NCBI GenBank assembly: GCA_973895155.1
Contig: OZ316891.1
Location: 4,807,708-4,871,707 of the forward strand
DNA length: 64,000 nt
Source of the DNA: Marsupella aquatica
Lineage: Eukaryota > Plantae > Marchantiophyta
Reading direction: 5' to 3'
Shown here one piece after another: positions 1 through 13,971 of this stretch. The notes under the pieces were generated by a model, which saw nothing but the letters and a program-made list of their open reading frames with translations, was not told where the DNA came from and searched no databases. The position numbers were made by a program, and so were the translations under genes. The first letter of the stretch is position 1. Each line of letters opens with the position of its first letter.

Positions 1-1609
1 CTCACAACCGATGTATCCACGATCAGGATCTCAAACTTCCTGCCTTCACTTCCAGCGGTGGAGTAGGCATTCCCCTCACAACGAATCAGTCAGTACCCTC
101 ATATCCAGGCTCTCATCATGCAATGCAAGATTGGTCCTATAATCCGGACCCAAGATCCTCTACCAAAAGGGTAGAGCCTCCTCACTCTACTGCTTAAACA
201 GCCTAATGCGCTCGGGAGCTCAAAACCTACTAAGTTCGGCTTTGAGAGGTGTGAGAGGCCGGATCGACTCTCCTTCCTTATATCCGGATTCTGCTGTGGT
301 CGTGCCTGTGTTTGACTTATGGTTTTAAAAACTTTGGCAATGGACAGCTGTTGTTGAGTAGAGTCTCAGTATAAGCTTTATATCTCATTCAAGGCTTATA
401 GTAAAAAGTTCCGGGTCGATCCTCCTTCTCTAATATCAATCCGGATTGACCTCAGATGGGCTTGAAAGTCTCATAACACTTCAAAGTAGTCTTCAGGTCC
501 CTCTTCAGCCTCATTTGAGATCTTAAACGTAAAAATTCTAAAATTTATGGTTAGTTAACCCTTCTTTCATAAACATCCTTATCTCACATGCATTGAGGGC
601 CAAGAGGAGAGGGCCGTGGGGAGAGAAGTGGAGGGACGGTTTTTTCTGCTTTATTCCTTCCATTTGCAGTTTTGGTACTTCCCACCCCAAACACCACGCT
701 AAATTCAAATATCGGCCATGCCATTTTCTGGTGCAACTGAGAGTGTATTATATGTTTTCATAGAGATAACACAAAACAAAAGTAGTAAAAGGGAGACCTA
801 AATTTCTTGTCATTGCAAACATTTACAAAGGCTCCTGTAATGTGGAAAGTGAAAATTTTGAAGTATGTTCATATCCTCCAACGCACACATGAATATTTGT
901 GAAACTTGAACTAAAACCCTTGTTTTGGGGGCATTATGGTTAACAATGTTTTGTAAAGTGTATTAGACAAGCCCAACCTTGCGGCAATCTTGCTCCCTCC
1001 CTGACAAGCCCCAAGGACCTTGCTCCCTCCCCCCGATGACCTCACTCCCTCCCTTGACAAGCCCCGAGATGCCTACCGTCCGCGACCCTCCCTCATTCTT
1101 GTTTGATCTAATATTCTCCTCTTAATTTGGGGGACTTAAAAAGAACAAGAGGACAACAACTGAGAAATGAATCACTTCCAAGATTTGGCTTTTAGACTTC
1201 ATCATAACCGTTCATATCAAACGACCGGTTCACTTTGGCTTGAAATGAAGGTGAACGGTCACTTGTATTTGACTCCTCCCAATCCTACATGGACTGGAAA
1301 GCAATTTTGGCCAAAGTTTAGACCACCTCTGAAGGTGGTATTTTGAAAGGACCTCATTCTCTGTCTCTTCTCATTCTGTCAAACACTATTAGATGCATTA
1401 TCTGATGGTCACCACCTTTTTGGTTAGGAGAGTCCCTCCTTAAGTGTCTTTTGCTCAACTTGTATCTAAAAGAGAAGGTCCGTATCCAGATACAAGTTAC
1501 CCCATCGTAAGGATGTTGCACCACAGCAATTTTTAATTTTATTGCATCACTGACAACTACTGGAGTATACTAAACAAACACCTTTGAACATAACTATGTC
1601 AAAGGTAGA

Positions 1610-1742
1610 TCTATCACTATAATACTGAATCCCGCCCAATTTTGTCTGGGATTTCATCATTCGCCCTGTTACAAAAAACATTATTGGCGGGAATCATTTG
1701 TGCCGTTAGATTGCGTCTTAGTTGTCTTTCAACCGTGCGATT
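1610..1742 (+). mobile_element. Helitron-like 5' end or long TIR, copy 1
   Basis: Begins A|TCTATCACTATAATACTGAATCCCGCCCAATTT. Inverted homolog of 4167-4287. Confidence 0.55.
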
Positions 1743-1775
1743 AAAAGTTTAGTTGACCTAAAATAAGGGTTCCAC

Positions 1776-2108
1776 ATGGGAGTTTATGCTCTTATTCATA
1801 ATTGTATATGCTCTTGTAGAGAATTTTGCACTTACAGATCTAAGAGGAAACCTGGTCCCTTGATTCTGATGGCTAAGATGCTCTCTAGCATCTGGAAGGA
1901 ACGGAACACTGCTGCCTACTCCCAATTCTTGGGGAGGCTCCCCGGGTGGGTGGTAGTGAGACAAACTTCCATCCACCTTACCACGATGTTGGACAGCAGT
2001 TCGTCTGATAAGAAACGGAAGCAACTCAGGGACACTATTGCCCAACTACACGGAGTGCTCAAACCTTGGGAGAATTTTCACACCATTCTAGGTAATGCTA
2101 GAGTGTAG
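1776..2108 (+). mobile_element. Degenerate LINE (L1-type) ORF2 3' fragment
   Basis: LSSIWKERNTAAY matches the W-x-I-W-x-E-R-N motif of plant L1 ORF2 C-termini. No reverse transcriptase domain is visible. Confidence 0.45.
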
Positions 2109-3732
2109 CGTACTATCTAGATCCGTATGTTTGGTATGTGTGCTATATGAGCCGATAAGGTTCCGTTAGGTTTGTGTGAGAGGGTAGTTCTCTCTTGTGA
2201 GGCATTGAAAAGTTATCTTTCAATATTCCACTTGTATTCCATTCTCTTGTGTTTGTGATGTGGTAGTGTGACTATGTCTAGATGAAGGTGACAAGCAATG
2301 TATGTTGTGTAGCGATGTGTATGCGCACGACAGAATATTGAGACCCCAATTTCTCCTAACACTGATGATACAGATGACTAACACTTGGGACATTGTGCCT
2401 GGGAGATTTCTTGATGTTTGAGACTGGCTGGACAGCCTCGGTTGGGTGACCCAGATTTGGTGGATCACCTTTAGATGCTCGCAGGCTTAAACTCCCCCCC
2501 CCCCTTAGTGAGGGGTTTTTTTATAGTTGGAAGAATGGTAATGTGTGGAGTAGACCGAGCTGGACCCATAGGTGCACTTTTTAGAGTAGTAGGGTGTACC
2601 CCCGGGATACTAGTGAGGAGGGTGTTTGGTGGCTGTGCCATATCCCCTGGCCGGACTAGGGTGCCGGTTTTCTCGGCCTCCGGGCGTGGGGCTTGTTATT
2701 TCTTTCTTGGGTGGCTTTCGTCCCCTTGCGTGTTATTGACGGCCGTTGCGCCCTTTTCCCAAAAAAATTAATTGTTTAATGGAGCAGTCTTTGCACCAAT
2801 AAAGAGTGCAAAAAGAGAGTGCATAAGTCCATTTCCATCACAACACATCAGAGGGATGTGCTCAATAGACCCTCTCCGGGAGGTATTTTACTTGATCAGC
2901 CCCCTCCAGACTTTTTTGCCCCAATCAGCCCCCTTATTATGACCCGTACCCTTTTCCCTGTGTAAGGCAAAACTGCAGTTTAGGTTGCCATGCCACCACG
3001 CATGGTCGCCTCCCGTAGTTGACCATGCTACTCCACATTGTCGGGGTGCGGTTTAGGGTCAAGCACGAGAGTCATTTGTTGGGGGTGGGATCAACATTTT
3101 TTGTTGTTTTACAGGGTGATTGAGGCATCGTTCATGGAGGTGAGGTGTCGTTTGGTGCTGGCGGCAGGTCATTTTGGGGAGGTTCGTGCTTCGATCGTGT
3201 GTACATTTTGTTTGTCACTGCGGAGGAGCGGTTGAGGTCTCAGTTGCGGCCCATTGCTAGGATAGAGTAGTGTTCATTCACCCCATTCTCCAAGATTTCT
3301 TGAAGATTGTAGCATTTAAGTGTTTGACAGAATGAGAAGAGACAGAGAGGCTTTCTTGACTTCAGACCTCAACGGGAGCAAGTTGTGGCTACGAGCAAGC
3401 AGCAAGATTCGGCAAGCTTGTCTGACTTCTATTCCCCCTAAATTCTGGCAACTTTCATTTTGCTTGAGATTTTGTTTTTGTTTTCATTTTCATTTTCATC
3501 ATCGGTGGGCTGTTTTGGTTTGGTGAGAGTGTCTCCTTCCTCTGCTGTTCTTCAATATATTCCACAGGAGGATTGTCCGCCAATGTAGCCCAAGATAGTG
3601 TTGAATCTTGTATTTTCTGCATTATGTTGATGCTCAGAATACCATAACATGAATAGCTCTTTGCAGTGTACATCATTAATTCCATCCATTCTCTAGAAGT
3701 GCTCTGAAAGCTCCATTCCATTCTTTCCCTCA

Positions 3733-3894
3733 AGGACTCTCCACGTTTGGCTTATTGACAAAATGAAAAGCAATGAGATCTTTTTGGGAGAAGGAAACTA
3801 TTTCAAGCTATTTAGGACTCTCCACTTTTGGCTTATTGGCAGAATGAAAAGCAATAAGATCTTTTTGGGAGAAGGAAACTACTTCAGGCTGTTT
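3733..3894. repeat. Tandem duplication, 81-bp unit x2
   Basis: AGGACTCTCCAC...GAAGGAAACTA starts at 3733 and 3814. Confidence 0.9.
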
Positions 3895-4166
3895 ACTAAT
3901 ACTAACTACAACATCCTGGAGGCAGGTACGGAAGTGAGGCAGCCATTGACGGGTGCTTAGAGGCATTGATGATGATAGGGGAAGGGGTACAGAGGTGGTG
4001 AGGTGCCAAGCCTTTGGGAGAGAGGGTGAGGGGAGTACATATGCGAAAGGCTGTCCCACGCATCAGCCGTTGGTCAGCCCAAGGGGAGTACGTACTGACA
4101 TTGGGTGGGAGGGCGGCGGCATAGTGTGGGAGGCACAACAGGCTTTCATCCGGGGCTCGTTTTGGA

Positions 4167-4287
4167 GATTGCATGGTTGAAAGACAACTAAGACAAGATC
4201 TAACAACCAAAAATGCTTTCCGCCAATAATGTTTTTGTAATGGGACAAAGGAAGAAATTGGGCGGGATTCAGTATTATAGTTGTAGA
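4167..4287 (-). mobile_element. Helitron-like 5' end or long TIR, copy 2
   Basis: Reverse complement begins A|TCTACAACTATAATACTGAATCCCGCCCAATTT and shares ACATTATTGGCGG and GTCTTAGTTGTCTTTCAACC with copy 1. Confidence 0.55.
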
Positions 4288-4581
4288 TTATCAACCACTC
4301 TAATGAGGGATTGTGTCAAAATTATTCCCATAGTCCGTTTACAAACTTGAATGTAATGACCAATATTTCTTGTCCAATTGTTACTTCATCACTAATACAT
4401 CTCATCAACAACTATGATAATGGATCCTAACTGTCAAAATGAATTCTGTGGTCTGTTTACATACTTGAAAACGGAGGGATGAGACACTACCTTCAAATGT
4501 ATTCCGTTGGTTTTGACATGCTTAACTTGACTGAAAGCTAGGGGGGTGCCCTTTGACACCATTCCTCCTCTGTACATAATC

Positions 4582-4639
4582 ATGGGACTAGAAGGCCCAC
4601 TACAGTAGAATATGGGACTAGAAGGCCCACTACAGTAGG
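4582..4639. repeat. Tandem duplication, 30-bp unit x2
   Basis: ATGGGACTAGAAGGCCCACTACAGTAG occurs twice. Confidence 0.9.
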
Positions 4640-7600
4640 AGGTGGGGGTTGTGCACAATTTTAATGACACTCAATTTTTTTTACAATGATGCTTTTCTTG
4701 AAGACAATAATTGGGAGGCAATCAAACATCACACGCCATTTTTACACTGTCTGCTATCAGAAAAGTTGTGTAGTTGTGTAGTTTTGTGGTTGACTGTTCT
4801 GTCAAACAACTCAAAGCATATTTTTGCCTTTGCATTCAAGGTAGTTGAGGAACTACAATGCAAGCTATGACACAAGGAATTATATGCATTAGACAACAGA
4901 AACCATTTTGTTGCAGTGAGAATCTGTTGAACAAGTTATAAAAGATGAGATTGGGTCTTATTTTCACGCTTATTTTGTGGGTTGCAATGCAAGAACCAAA
5001 CAGAAGTGGCATGTTGCTATTTGTGACCTGTACACAACCTGGGCCAAATGTGAAAGGTAAATGTATTACATTTGCAACTTACTGTAAGTTCAAATTATTC
5101 AAGAGTAAGAGTGAGACATTGGAAATGTTTGCACCATGCCTTGCAGGCTATGAACTTTGGGTACATCAAATTTGGTTGTGGTCCCAAATATATGTAGGCC
5201 TGAACGCCCAGGCACTATCCCTTGCCCCCCTGGCTTGTCCCAAATCACACCACATGTTCCAAATTGTTGCTCTCAAAAGCATATATGGTTGTGGCTGCCA
5301 TTGCCTTTTGAAAATCTTACAAATGGGACCCATATAAAGTGTGGCAATATATAGAGGACAGGAGTGGGGATGGGAAGGCGCATTGGGCTCAAGCATCTTT
5401 TGTGGTGCTTAAGCCTGGACCTCCACATTATTCACATCAAACAACCATGTGAAATCATCATAAAGATCTAACTCACCTTTTTTCAATTTTGTATGTTTCA
5501 TCTCTGTTTAAAAAAGTCATATATATACAGCACCCACATGATTTGTTGATTGTTTTGGTGCCTTGAATATTAACTTTTTGAATACCTATTCAATTTCTAA
5601 TGTAAATCCATTTCATTGACTGAATAAAGTGATGTAGGTGGTGAAGACCTCCCACCCCAGCATATTGGGGGCAGGGTCGATGAATGGCAGGGCCCTTTTT
5701 GCAGAATTACGAGTCCAACACAGGTGCAAGACATCATACCAGGAGAATTGGGGAGGTGGCAGGCGATGGGCAATTCAGCTCTTTGGTCATACACCTAATA
5801 ACTATTATTTATTACACTTTGAATAACACTAGAGTATTTACAATTCAAGAAATGAACATAACACATGAGGTAACACATTGCCTGAATGGACACCCTCTAT
5901 ATGGAAATCCATGTGTTTAGGGAAGGGGTGTCTGTTTGGATCCCGTGGAAAGTAAATAAGATGAACAAGATGGATTGTGGCCTTTCATCTATCAATTAGG
6001 CTATTTAACTAACCAGACACCAAGAAACCAAACAGTTTGACCCCGGGCTTGACAAACTTGCCCTGCCCAGGCCAAAACACGATTTCTTGGTGGGCATTTT
6101 ATGAGTATATCAGGATAGCCATTTGCGGTTTGACAAGAAGTGAGCAAGAAAGGGAATTGTCCCATGAAAGAGTGGTTGCTGTTGAAGTCCTTGGACAAGG
6201 GCCAAAGGAAAAGAACCAAGGTAGATAATATTGAGGCAGGGAGTTAAAGGGAAACCAAGTGGGGGAAGACAAATCCAATTGAGGTTGGAAGAAAAGAGCT
6301 GAGAGGACTAATTGACTCCAAAGAGTGGGATTGCTCTCCTCAAAACCATTTCATATGGGCAGTGGGGGGAAGGCAACAACCTAGGTAAACATTAAGGAGC
6401 AAGCAAGAGGGAAGAAGTTGACGCTTGGGTATATTTCAAGGTTGGTTAGTGCATTCCTTCATAAGGTTGCTTCATGGGTAAATTTGGGCTTGTTACTAGG
6501 AGTTCAAATTATTGGGCTTCCATTAGAGTTTCTCTCTGCGACCTCACATATGGTACCGTCCTTGTCCTTGCAATAGAAAAAAATGACTCTTTTTAAAGTT
6601 CAGATATCTGATTCCAAAGTGAAATAGTGCATTCCCTCACAGCTTAGCTTCAGGGTGATGTTTGCCCTTAGGAGTTTCATGCCATGGGGTTTCCATTGGA
6701 GTCTCGTTGGCTACCCTCACATATGATATTTTCATGGGTCCTTGCCATAGGAAATTGATTCCTACTTTTATTTTCTATATATTGAGAATAAAAACAATAC
6801 TGCAACTCAAATGAATTCTCCTAACTAATGGGGGAGATTTGGAGGTGAGGGAAGAGGATACCTTCGCAGGCAACGTTCATCATTAGTTCCACCATTGTTT
6901 CCTTTGCTACCTCACTCACTATAATTATTTTCTTGATCTTTGCAACAGGAAATTGATTCCCACTTTTGCCCTTTCATTGTGGAGAATAGAAGAGGATAGA
7001 ATTTCAAATCTCCTATTCTAAGTGGGGTTGTCATTATTACATTTCTGTTTCCTTTGCTAAACTGTAACACATGATACATTCTTGGTCTTTGCTTCAGGCA
7101 GCTGATTTCTATTGCTGTTGCTTTCCACACCCACAACACATGTATGGTCTCTCCAGGTCCTTGTTGCCAACTATATATCACATAGCCAAAGAACAAACAA
7201 GGGCCAAAGAGGGAGACCCACTAAAGGAGAGAAAAGGCTCTAGGTCCTTGTCGCCAAATAATTAACATACTGCAAAGCAACAAAAGTAGTCAAAGGGGAA
7301 GACCCAACAAAGGGGGTAAAGCAAGGGCGAGAAAACAAAGAACAACAAGCGCCAAAGGGGGACACTCTACAAAGGGGAGAAAACAAGGCACCTTTTTTTT
7401 GTAATTGTCGATTCCTGTTTGTTTCTGCAACTGGATTCTGCGAAGCTAATGATTCCAAAGGCAGGTAAGACCAAATAGAGGGGAGAAAACAAGAGAACTT
7501 GTTCTCTACTCTTATCCTTAGAAACTTTGACTCATACTGTTGCTTTTCTCGACGAGAACAGAAGAGGATAATAACTGGATTCTGCGAATCTGAGCATCCC

Positions 7601-7714
7601 AAAGGCAGGAGACCAAATATAGGGGCGAACAACAAGTTGCTTTGTTTTCTTTTCTGTTGCTGTTCTTGATTCCTGCTGTTGTAGCTTTTCCTCGACGAGA
7701 ATAGAAGAGGATAG

Positions 7715-8071
7715 CAACTGGATTCTGTCAATCTAATCGAGGGAGGAGGAGGAGGAGGAGGAGGAGGAGAGAAAGGGCTGAACACGGTAGCATTCTGGGC
7801 GTTCAAGTCGTGCCTACTGATCGTCTTCGTGACATTGGCAATTGGATCGTTCCTTCTCTACTGGGCCACGTTTTGGGGCAACCGTCTGCTCTGCCTGGTG
7901 CTGGATGTGGTCCGGGGCGTGGAGGATCGGCTCGTTTGGGGCGTCTCGCAGACCGGAGCGATCGTCGAGAATTGCAGGCGAGCTCTGGAGAGGGTTTGGG
8001 GCATCGCAGTCGCCGTGAAGGACCAAATCTACGATGTTCTGGAGGGCGGTCGCTCTTTGCCTGCGCCTTGA
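7715..8071 (+). other. GC-rich stop-free frame lacking an ATG (poly-Gly plus a hydrophobic helix); possible exon or leader ORF
   Basis: Reads QLDSVNLIEG9EKGLNTVAFWAFKSCLLIVFVTLAIGSFLLYWATFWG...LPAP-stop. It follows an AG at 7713-7714 and precedes a donor CAG|GTGCGA at 8101. Confidence 0.25.
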
Positions 8072-8283
8072 TTAGAGCCGGCTGCAAATTCCGCCCCCAG
8101 GTGCGATTTGGTTTGGTTGGTTAATCGGTTGGTTGGCTCGCTGTCTGGCTGGTTGGCGTTTGATCTGCGTGAGGAGTCGCTTGGCATTCGCTGCGCTTTT
8201 ACGTCTTATGGGAAACGAAACCCTATTTCCTCTTCTGCACGCGGTTTTTGGGGGCTTTGGGGCATCTGATGGGGAATTGAGGG

Positions 8284-8573
8284 GGTCAAGGAGTTTCTAC
8301 GGGGTAATTCGGTGAGGTCTGGACTTGTGATGTGGTAGGTGGTGATTGTTGAAAGGAATGGATGCCAGTCTGCCGTCGAAGTTCCTGCGTTAGAGCAAGG
8401 GTTCAATTGAGTACCATTATTTTGAGCGTGAGAGGTCAAGGCTTTTCTTTGGGGTAATTCAGTGAGGTCTGGACTTGTGACGTGTAAATGGGTGATTGTT
8501 CGAAGGAATGGATGGCAGTCCGCCGTCGAGGTGCCGGCATTAGAGCAAGGGTTCAATTGAGTACCATTCTTTT
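8284..8573. repeat. Tandem duplication, 150-bp unit x2, with further degenerate copies to about 8770
   Basis: GGGGTAATTC at 8301 and 8451. TTAGAGCAAGGGTTCAATTGAGTACCATT is present in both units. Confidence 0.88.
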
Positions 8574-10302
8574 GGGCACCCGTCGGGGAATTGAGAAAGG
8601 TCTGGCCTGGACTCATGATGTGGCAGTGAACGAGAAGAGGGAGGGATGTTCTCCTGTTATTCGTGCGGGAATCTCTTGGGGAATTGTGTGAGGGGCCAGC
8701 CCAGAGGACTTATGATGTGGTGTTGGTGATGGTGGTTGACAGGAAGGGATGTTGGTCTGCCGCCCGGGATTCAGAATAATCAAGAAGGAATGAAACGAAG
8801 CGGGAGTTCAAAAACCAGGTGTGAGATCTTTCTTTGTGAAATTGATTGTCGGGCAGAATTTGGCTACGGTTTGCGAAGGTTGAATTTCTTCCCCGTTCAT
8901 CGAATTGAAAGAAGGGATTCCAGTTAGTGACACTCTTCGGTAGCAGAAACTGACCATTGAATTTCAAGTGGATGTTGAAAATTATGCCACGCTGGTGTCA
9001 TTCTCGTAGGGTTGAATCCCGCTACTCTCCTGATAGCGCGTACAGCCTTAAGGAAGCCGTAATAGCTGCGATATTATATTTTCCTCTGTCCACACTGGGC
9101 ATTGGCAGATTGAGTATATAAGGGATCCTTCAACGGTCGCAGTTTGTCTTATTTGTTATGAACAGCCTCCATGACGACATTAACATGCGCAACAAGGACA
9201 CGAATCGAGTCTTTAAGGGTTATTCTTTCCGCAAGAAGTTTCTTGTGGTGGGTTCGGTGCTACGATCAATTTGAAAAGGAAGCCAAACAAATTTGTTGAG
9301 CATTCCATACCTCTTTATATCTGTGAAAGTGAACAAGTTTACTCGTGGAAGGTTTTCGGAAGGTTTGAAGGGCTCTTGCGTGCATTCATGGGAAACTCGA
9401 GTGCGTTCTCCTAGCACTTGTCATTGAAGAGTGGCAGGTTTCCAATTACATGTAGCAATCTCTAGATTATTTCTGATTTCAGGACTGTTGATTCTTTCCG
9501 AAACACTTCTTCTGGCTAAGTTAAATTGTCCTGCTCCTTTTGGTTTGATGATGTGATGGTCATCGCGGCACCTTACCTGGTCGTCTGTCTTTGTCTCCGA
9601 CATTTGTTGCAAGGTAGATTCCAATTGATGCATCTGAGCTGGATGCCTGGTTTGCATTGTTGTTGGGTCTTTGACAGTAATGTTTGTGGTGGTTGTAGTG
9701 TCTTATGTGATTTTCTTACAAAATTCGAGGCCATTTAGGGATTCAGGGGCCCTTTATGTGTAACTGGACCCTTTTCCTGAATAGCTTGCTGTTTGCAGCA
9801 CAGTGCAACATGCCCCATGCGAAAGAGCTCTGTTTGGTGAATTGCTCGGGTTCAGCCCAATATGCAAGTCATCGGCCTGTCTTCACATCAAGGGTGTGGA
9901 CAGCCATTTGCGCTTATGGTTTGGTTGATGTGGAAGGTTCTCCTGGAACACTTCACCCATTCCACATTTAGGAACTTACTCGGAAGAAAAAGATAAGATC
10001 ATGTAAGAAATTATCTCACTAACATGTAAAATTTAGTGCTATCTCGGCCCTGAAACAGATTATGTGAGCTTATGGATATCGAATTCATAACCTTGCGGGT
10101 TAGTACTGATCTTCCAGTGTTTAGCACATTGCTGTTTGGCTGGTGGCGCTGTATGAGTATAATTGCACTGTGTTCATGTTTCGCGAGAGTTAAGTGATCC
10201 GAAGGACGTAGAAACGGAGTTGAGGTCGTTGTAAGTACCATCCATTCGCCACAAATTGTCCGTGTGTTGGGGCAGAAATTTTCAAAACAATATCTACAAG
10301 AT

Positions 10303-12769
10303 ATGAGCCAAAAGGTTGGGGAGGGGTTAGGCGTATGTTAGTATTCGTAGGGTTCCAGTACTCATTGCATTATTCGTACATATTAGCTCAGAATCTTGCA
10401 CCATCATGAGCTCAGTTCAAAATCATGTGCGACTTGGTTTCTGGAAGTGAAGGTTCCTGTAGTAATCGGAGAAGTAGGTCTTCGTTTTAACCATGACACA
10501 TGGTTCCGTCGACAAGGAAGCTTCTGTAGCCACAGGCTTTGTACTACGTGGGACGAGTTCAATGGTCTGATAAGCTTGTGTTTTTGTTGGATGGTGCAGA
10601 GTCCGGGTAGTGTGGGATGAGGACAACTTGGACTTTTTAGAGGCTAATAAAACTCCCAAACAGAAGATTAACGAACCTAAAACACCATATCATGCTCCTG
10701 AGTCGGAAGATGGTAAGGTTTCTTTTCAATTTTTGATCCTCTAAAATGTGAGTTTTACTTTCTTAAAGTTGACTGAGGTCTTGTACCCTTGCTCGTCTAG
10801 AGATAGGGACATTTCTCATAAAGAAATGTGGGTATGCAGGACTTGTAAGTCCAAGTCCCACTCATGACAGTGAAGCTATGGCGGATGCTGTCCATGCGGA
10901 GGCCATTCGTCGTGCTCTGATTGTAGCCTCCAACAGCGAAGCAGGCACTAGTCGACGGCGTGGCTCCGGCTGGACCTCTTCTGAGGACGAGGGAGATATA
11001 GAAGAGATGGACCATGATAATGAAGGTACATTCTTTGTGCAAGTCAAGAAAAGCAAGGCTTCCATAGGTGTACGATCGGCTCTTGATTAGTTTTGAGCCT
11101 ATATGAATAACTGAAGCTCTTGAATATGAGCAGCTTCTGGGTTATATTTTTACGATATGTCGTTAATCGTTGAAGTTTTTATTTGTCATTTTTCTAAGTT
11201 GGTATGATGTAGTAAGTAAAAGGGACCCAACACCAACAGTCCTGTCAGCTATCACATCACTTACCAGAATGAGGTACAATTACTAAAGAGGGTCTACTGC
11301 CAAGAGAAAGATAATCGCTGAACTCAATTTAGGTCCGGGTTAAAAACCCTAAACCCCTTCGTTGCTCATTTATGTCGGCTCATCCGTTTTCCCTTAGAAG
11401 ATAGCTTCTGTATTGTGTTCAGGTGCATCCAGCGTCCTACTTGCATCTGCATCAGCCGGCAAGCCATTTCAACTTGTCTCAGTAGCAATGTCTGTAATGG
11501 AAATGATTGCCAATCATATCCATGGTTGGTAAACTGAAAATTTGGCCAATTTTTGTTTGGTCTACTTTGCGACACCCTAGGACAAGATGCACCTGGGTCC
11601 TGACTGAAAATTTATCAAGAGCAGTGGACTGGTGGTTCCAACTTCTTGATGTAGCAAATCTTGAAAGCATTTAACTCGGTTATTGTCACATAAGCTACTG
11701 GCGGGAGACCAATGGAAAGGGAAATGAACAGAATTCTGGCTGAGAAGTCATGAAATCCGTTGATTACTTCTCGTTTCTGTTTCAGTGCCTTAAAAGCCAC
11801 CAGAAAATACGCTTCTTCTTGAAAGAGTCTGCCCTTAGTGTGGAAGGCTTGGATGAGCGTATCTGTAATGGATGGTATAAACTGCAGCAAGCATTTTACC
11901 GAATCGTGCAGTAGTTATTGCCTCATCCTTGTGCAGGATGAGAGTGCAGTTACCCAGTCTGTTGCATCCTATTATGCTGACCCTGACGTTGTTAGTCTTA
12001 GATTGTCTGAAACTTCTTCGCTTGGTTTTTATCACTCTGGTGGAAATGTACTTTTTATACTTGCAACAAAGAGAATATTCTGGGACACCTGAACGATATG
12101 GAAGACGGTATCTGATGTAATCCCATATCCTGGTCTTGCCAGTGAAAGACGGAGCTTCCAAGAAAGTGCAGCTCTTGATCTCTTTTTGGGGCCTTCGTAG
12201 AGATGAATATAGTTAGGACTAATCGTAAGTTGTGTTGTATATTCCTGGGCCTCTTCTTCTTATTGAGCCTTGATTGGTGTCTTCAGGCTTTGGAGAACTG
12301 TGCCTTGTCATAGGGACGTTTATAAAATGTGACAGCTGGCTTTGGGCATAAAGTGGTTTAGTATGAATATGACAGATATAAGATATCCCTTCTTTTCGGT
12401 TGATTGTCCACAGTTCACACTTGACGCAGAGTAAAAACTCGTGTACTCATTTATTTAGCAATCGGTCTGGAAACACTCATTGAAGGGCTTCTCTTTTTAC
12501 ACTCTGAACTGACGTGACTTGATTTAGGTCCAGACTCTAACGGCCGACGTATGAGTTTTGAGGAGCATCGGCGTGCGCACTATGATGAATACCGGAAGGC
12601 AAAAATGCTAGTTGGGCATGAGATGAGCGACGAGGAAGCTGAAATGACAGGAGTAGAAGGAGAGAGACATCAGCCAGGAGGCAGTTGTAGTAGACAATCT
12701 CAACAAGATCATGAGTCAAGCCTCAGCAGAAGTCTCGGTGGTATTGACCTACAAGCAGCTGAGATGTGA
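10303..12769 (+). CDS. I-2: Protein phosphatase 1 inhibitor-2 (I-2/IPP-2), about 187 aa, 4 coding exons
   Basis: Exons 10303-10325 (tentative, MSQKVGEG), 10600-10712, 10840-11025 and 12528-12769 join through GT-AG introns with matching phases (564 nt). The protein has the PP1-docking [15 protein letters not shown], an acidic GWTSSEDE tract and [14 protein letters not shown], all typical of plant I-2. Confidence 0.92.
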
Positions 12770-13921
12770 TTGATCTGTTGTGTTATGGCGAGCTATTCAT
12801 TGGAAGGTTTGCTACAGAAGATCATGCCTGCTGGAGATTCTGAACCGTTATTACCTTGGAACTCTCAATCAAGCGCTGTCTATTTAAAATACCTGTTCCA
12901 TTTTATAAGATTCGTCATTTTGTTTAGACAACTATGTACAAAACATTTTGGTTCTAATGTTACTGGGTTTTTTTTTTGTGAGTCTGTCTCATCTCCCTTT
13001 TGGTTGTCTGCCATATTCAGAGCCATTATCAGAGAAACCACAGTAAAGGACTACTCGAAGGGAACGTCAAAAGGATCGCTCCACTTGAAATTGCTGTTGT
13101 GGAAGATTCTTGCTGGTACCGGTATTGGTGGTGCTTGCGTCGTCTTTGCAGTAATGACAAAGATCAAAGGCTGACCATCCAAATCAGCAGGTTCTGGCAA
13201 GGTTGTAGTGGAGGGCGAATCTTGCAATAAATTGTTTTCCAGCCTATTTTGAGATTGGAAATCACAATCCAGCGCATTTGGCCATCTTCTGATGCGTATT
13301 AGTTTTTGCATCCTTTTGATCCCTAGCTCAGGCAAAATCTCGAGGTGGGAAAACTTTGGGTTCTGGATGAGTGCTGCGATGGTCAGTTTAGTCTTTTGAG
13401 CAGACAGCTTGACGATTGGAAAAGTCAAGAGATGATGAATCATCGAATGGAATCACGATAGGGAATTGTCTTTCTTGGTGAATGGAGAAGAATTACAGTA
13501 GAAGAACTGGATATTTTTTTGTCTTTTCAGAGGAACCTGTTTTGAGCAACCTGTATCTGCTAATAAAGGTCGTCATGCATTTTCACGTGTATCCGAAAGG
13601 ACACGATTAAATTGCATCCCATTATTTCACCACCCAAACGAATGTCGGCTAAGACAAACTACATCATATTTCGTTTTGGCTCCAGAATGCCAACTGGAGG
13701 GAGACTTGATAACGTTGGTGACCAAGTTTTGTTACCCATATCTGGAATTACTCTCAGTTTGGGACACCAGTGTAGGGCTCTAAAATTCTCATACCCTACC
13801 AAGAAACTGCACTATATTTCCGAATTTTGAAGATTGAATGTTGGGTATTTGCCCTTCATGGTTCTCCATATTAGGTAGACTGGTGGTTTCTAAGAGGGTG
13901 TTGCCAATGTTTCAAACCTGA

Positions 13922-13923
<2 letters not shown>

Positions 13924-13968
<45 letters not shown>
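13924..13968. repeat. (AG)n microsatellite
   Basis: Uninterrupted AG run of about 45 bp. Confidence 0.97.

Positions 13969-13971
<3 letters not shown>

Noticed and set aside
5890-6450. LINE ORF2 remnant on the minus strand (also about 47130-47500)
   Set aside because: Only faint GGxG and Trp motifs amid stops and frameshifts; too weak to call without a profile search.
13021-13174. Possible transmembrane exon (KILAGTGIGGACVVFAV) for the kinase
   Set aside because: Ends in a stop codon with no supported splice path to the kinase, and lies in the I-2 3' region.
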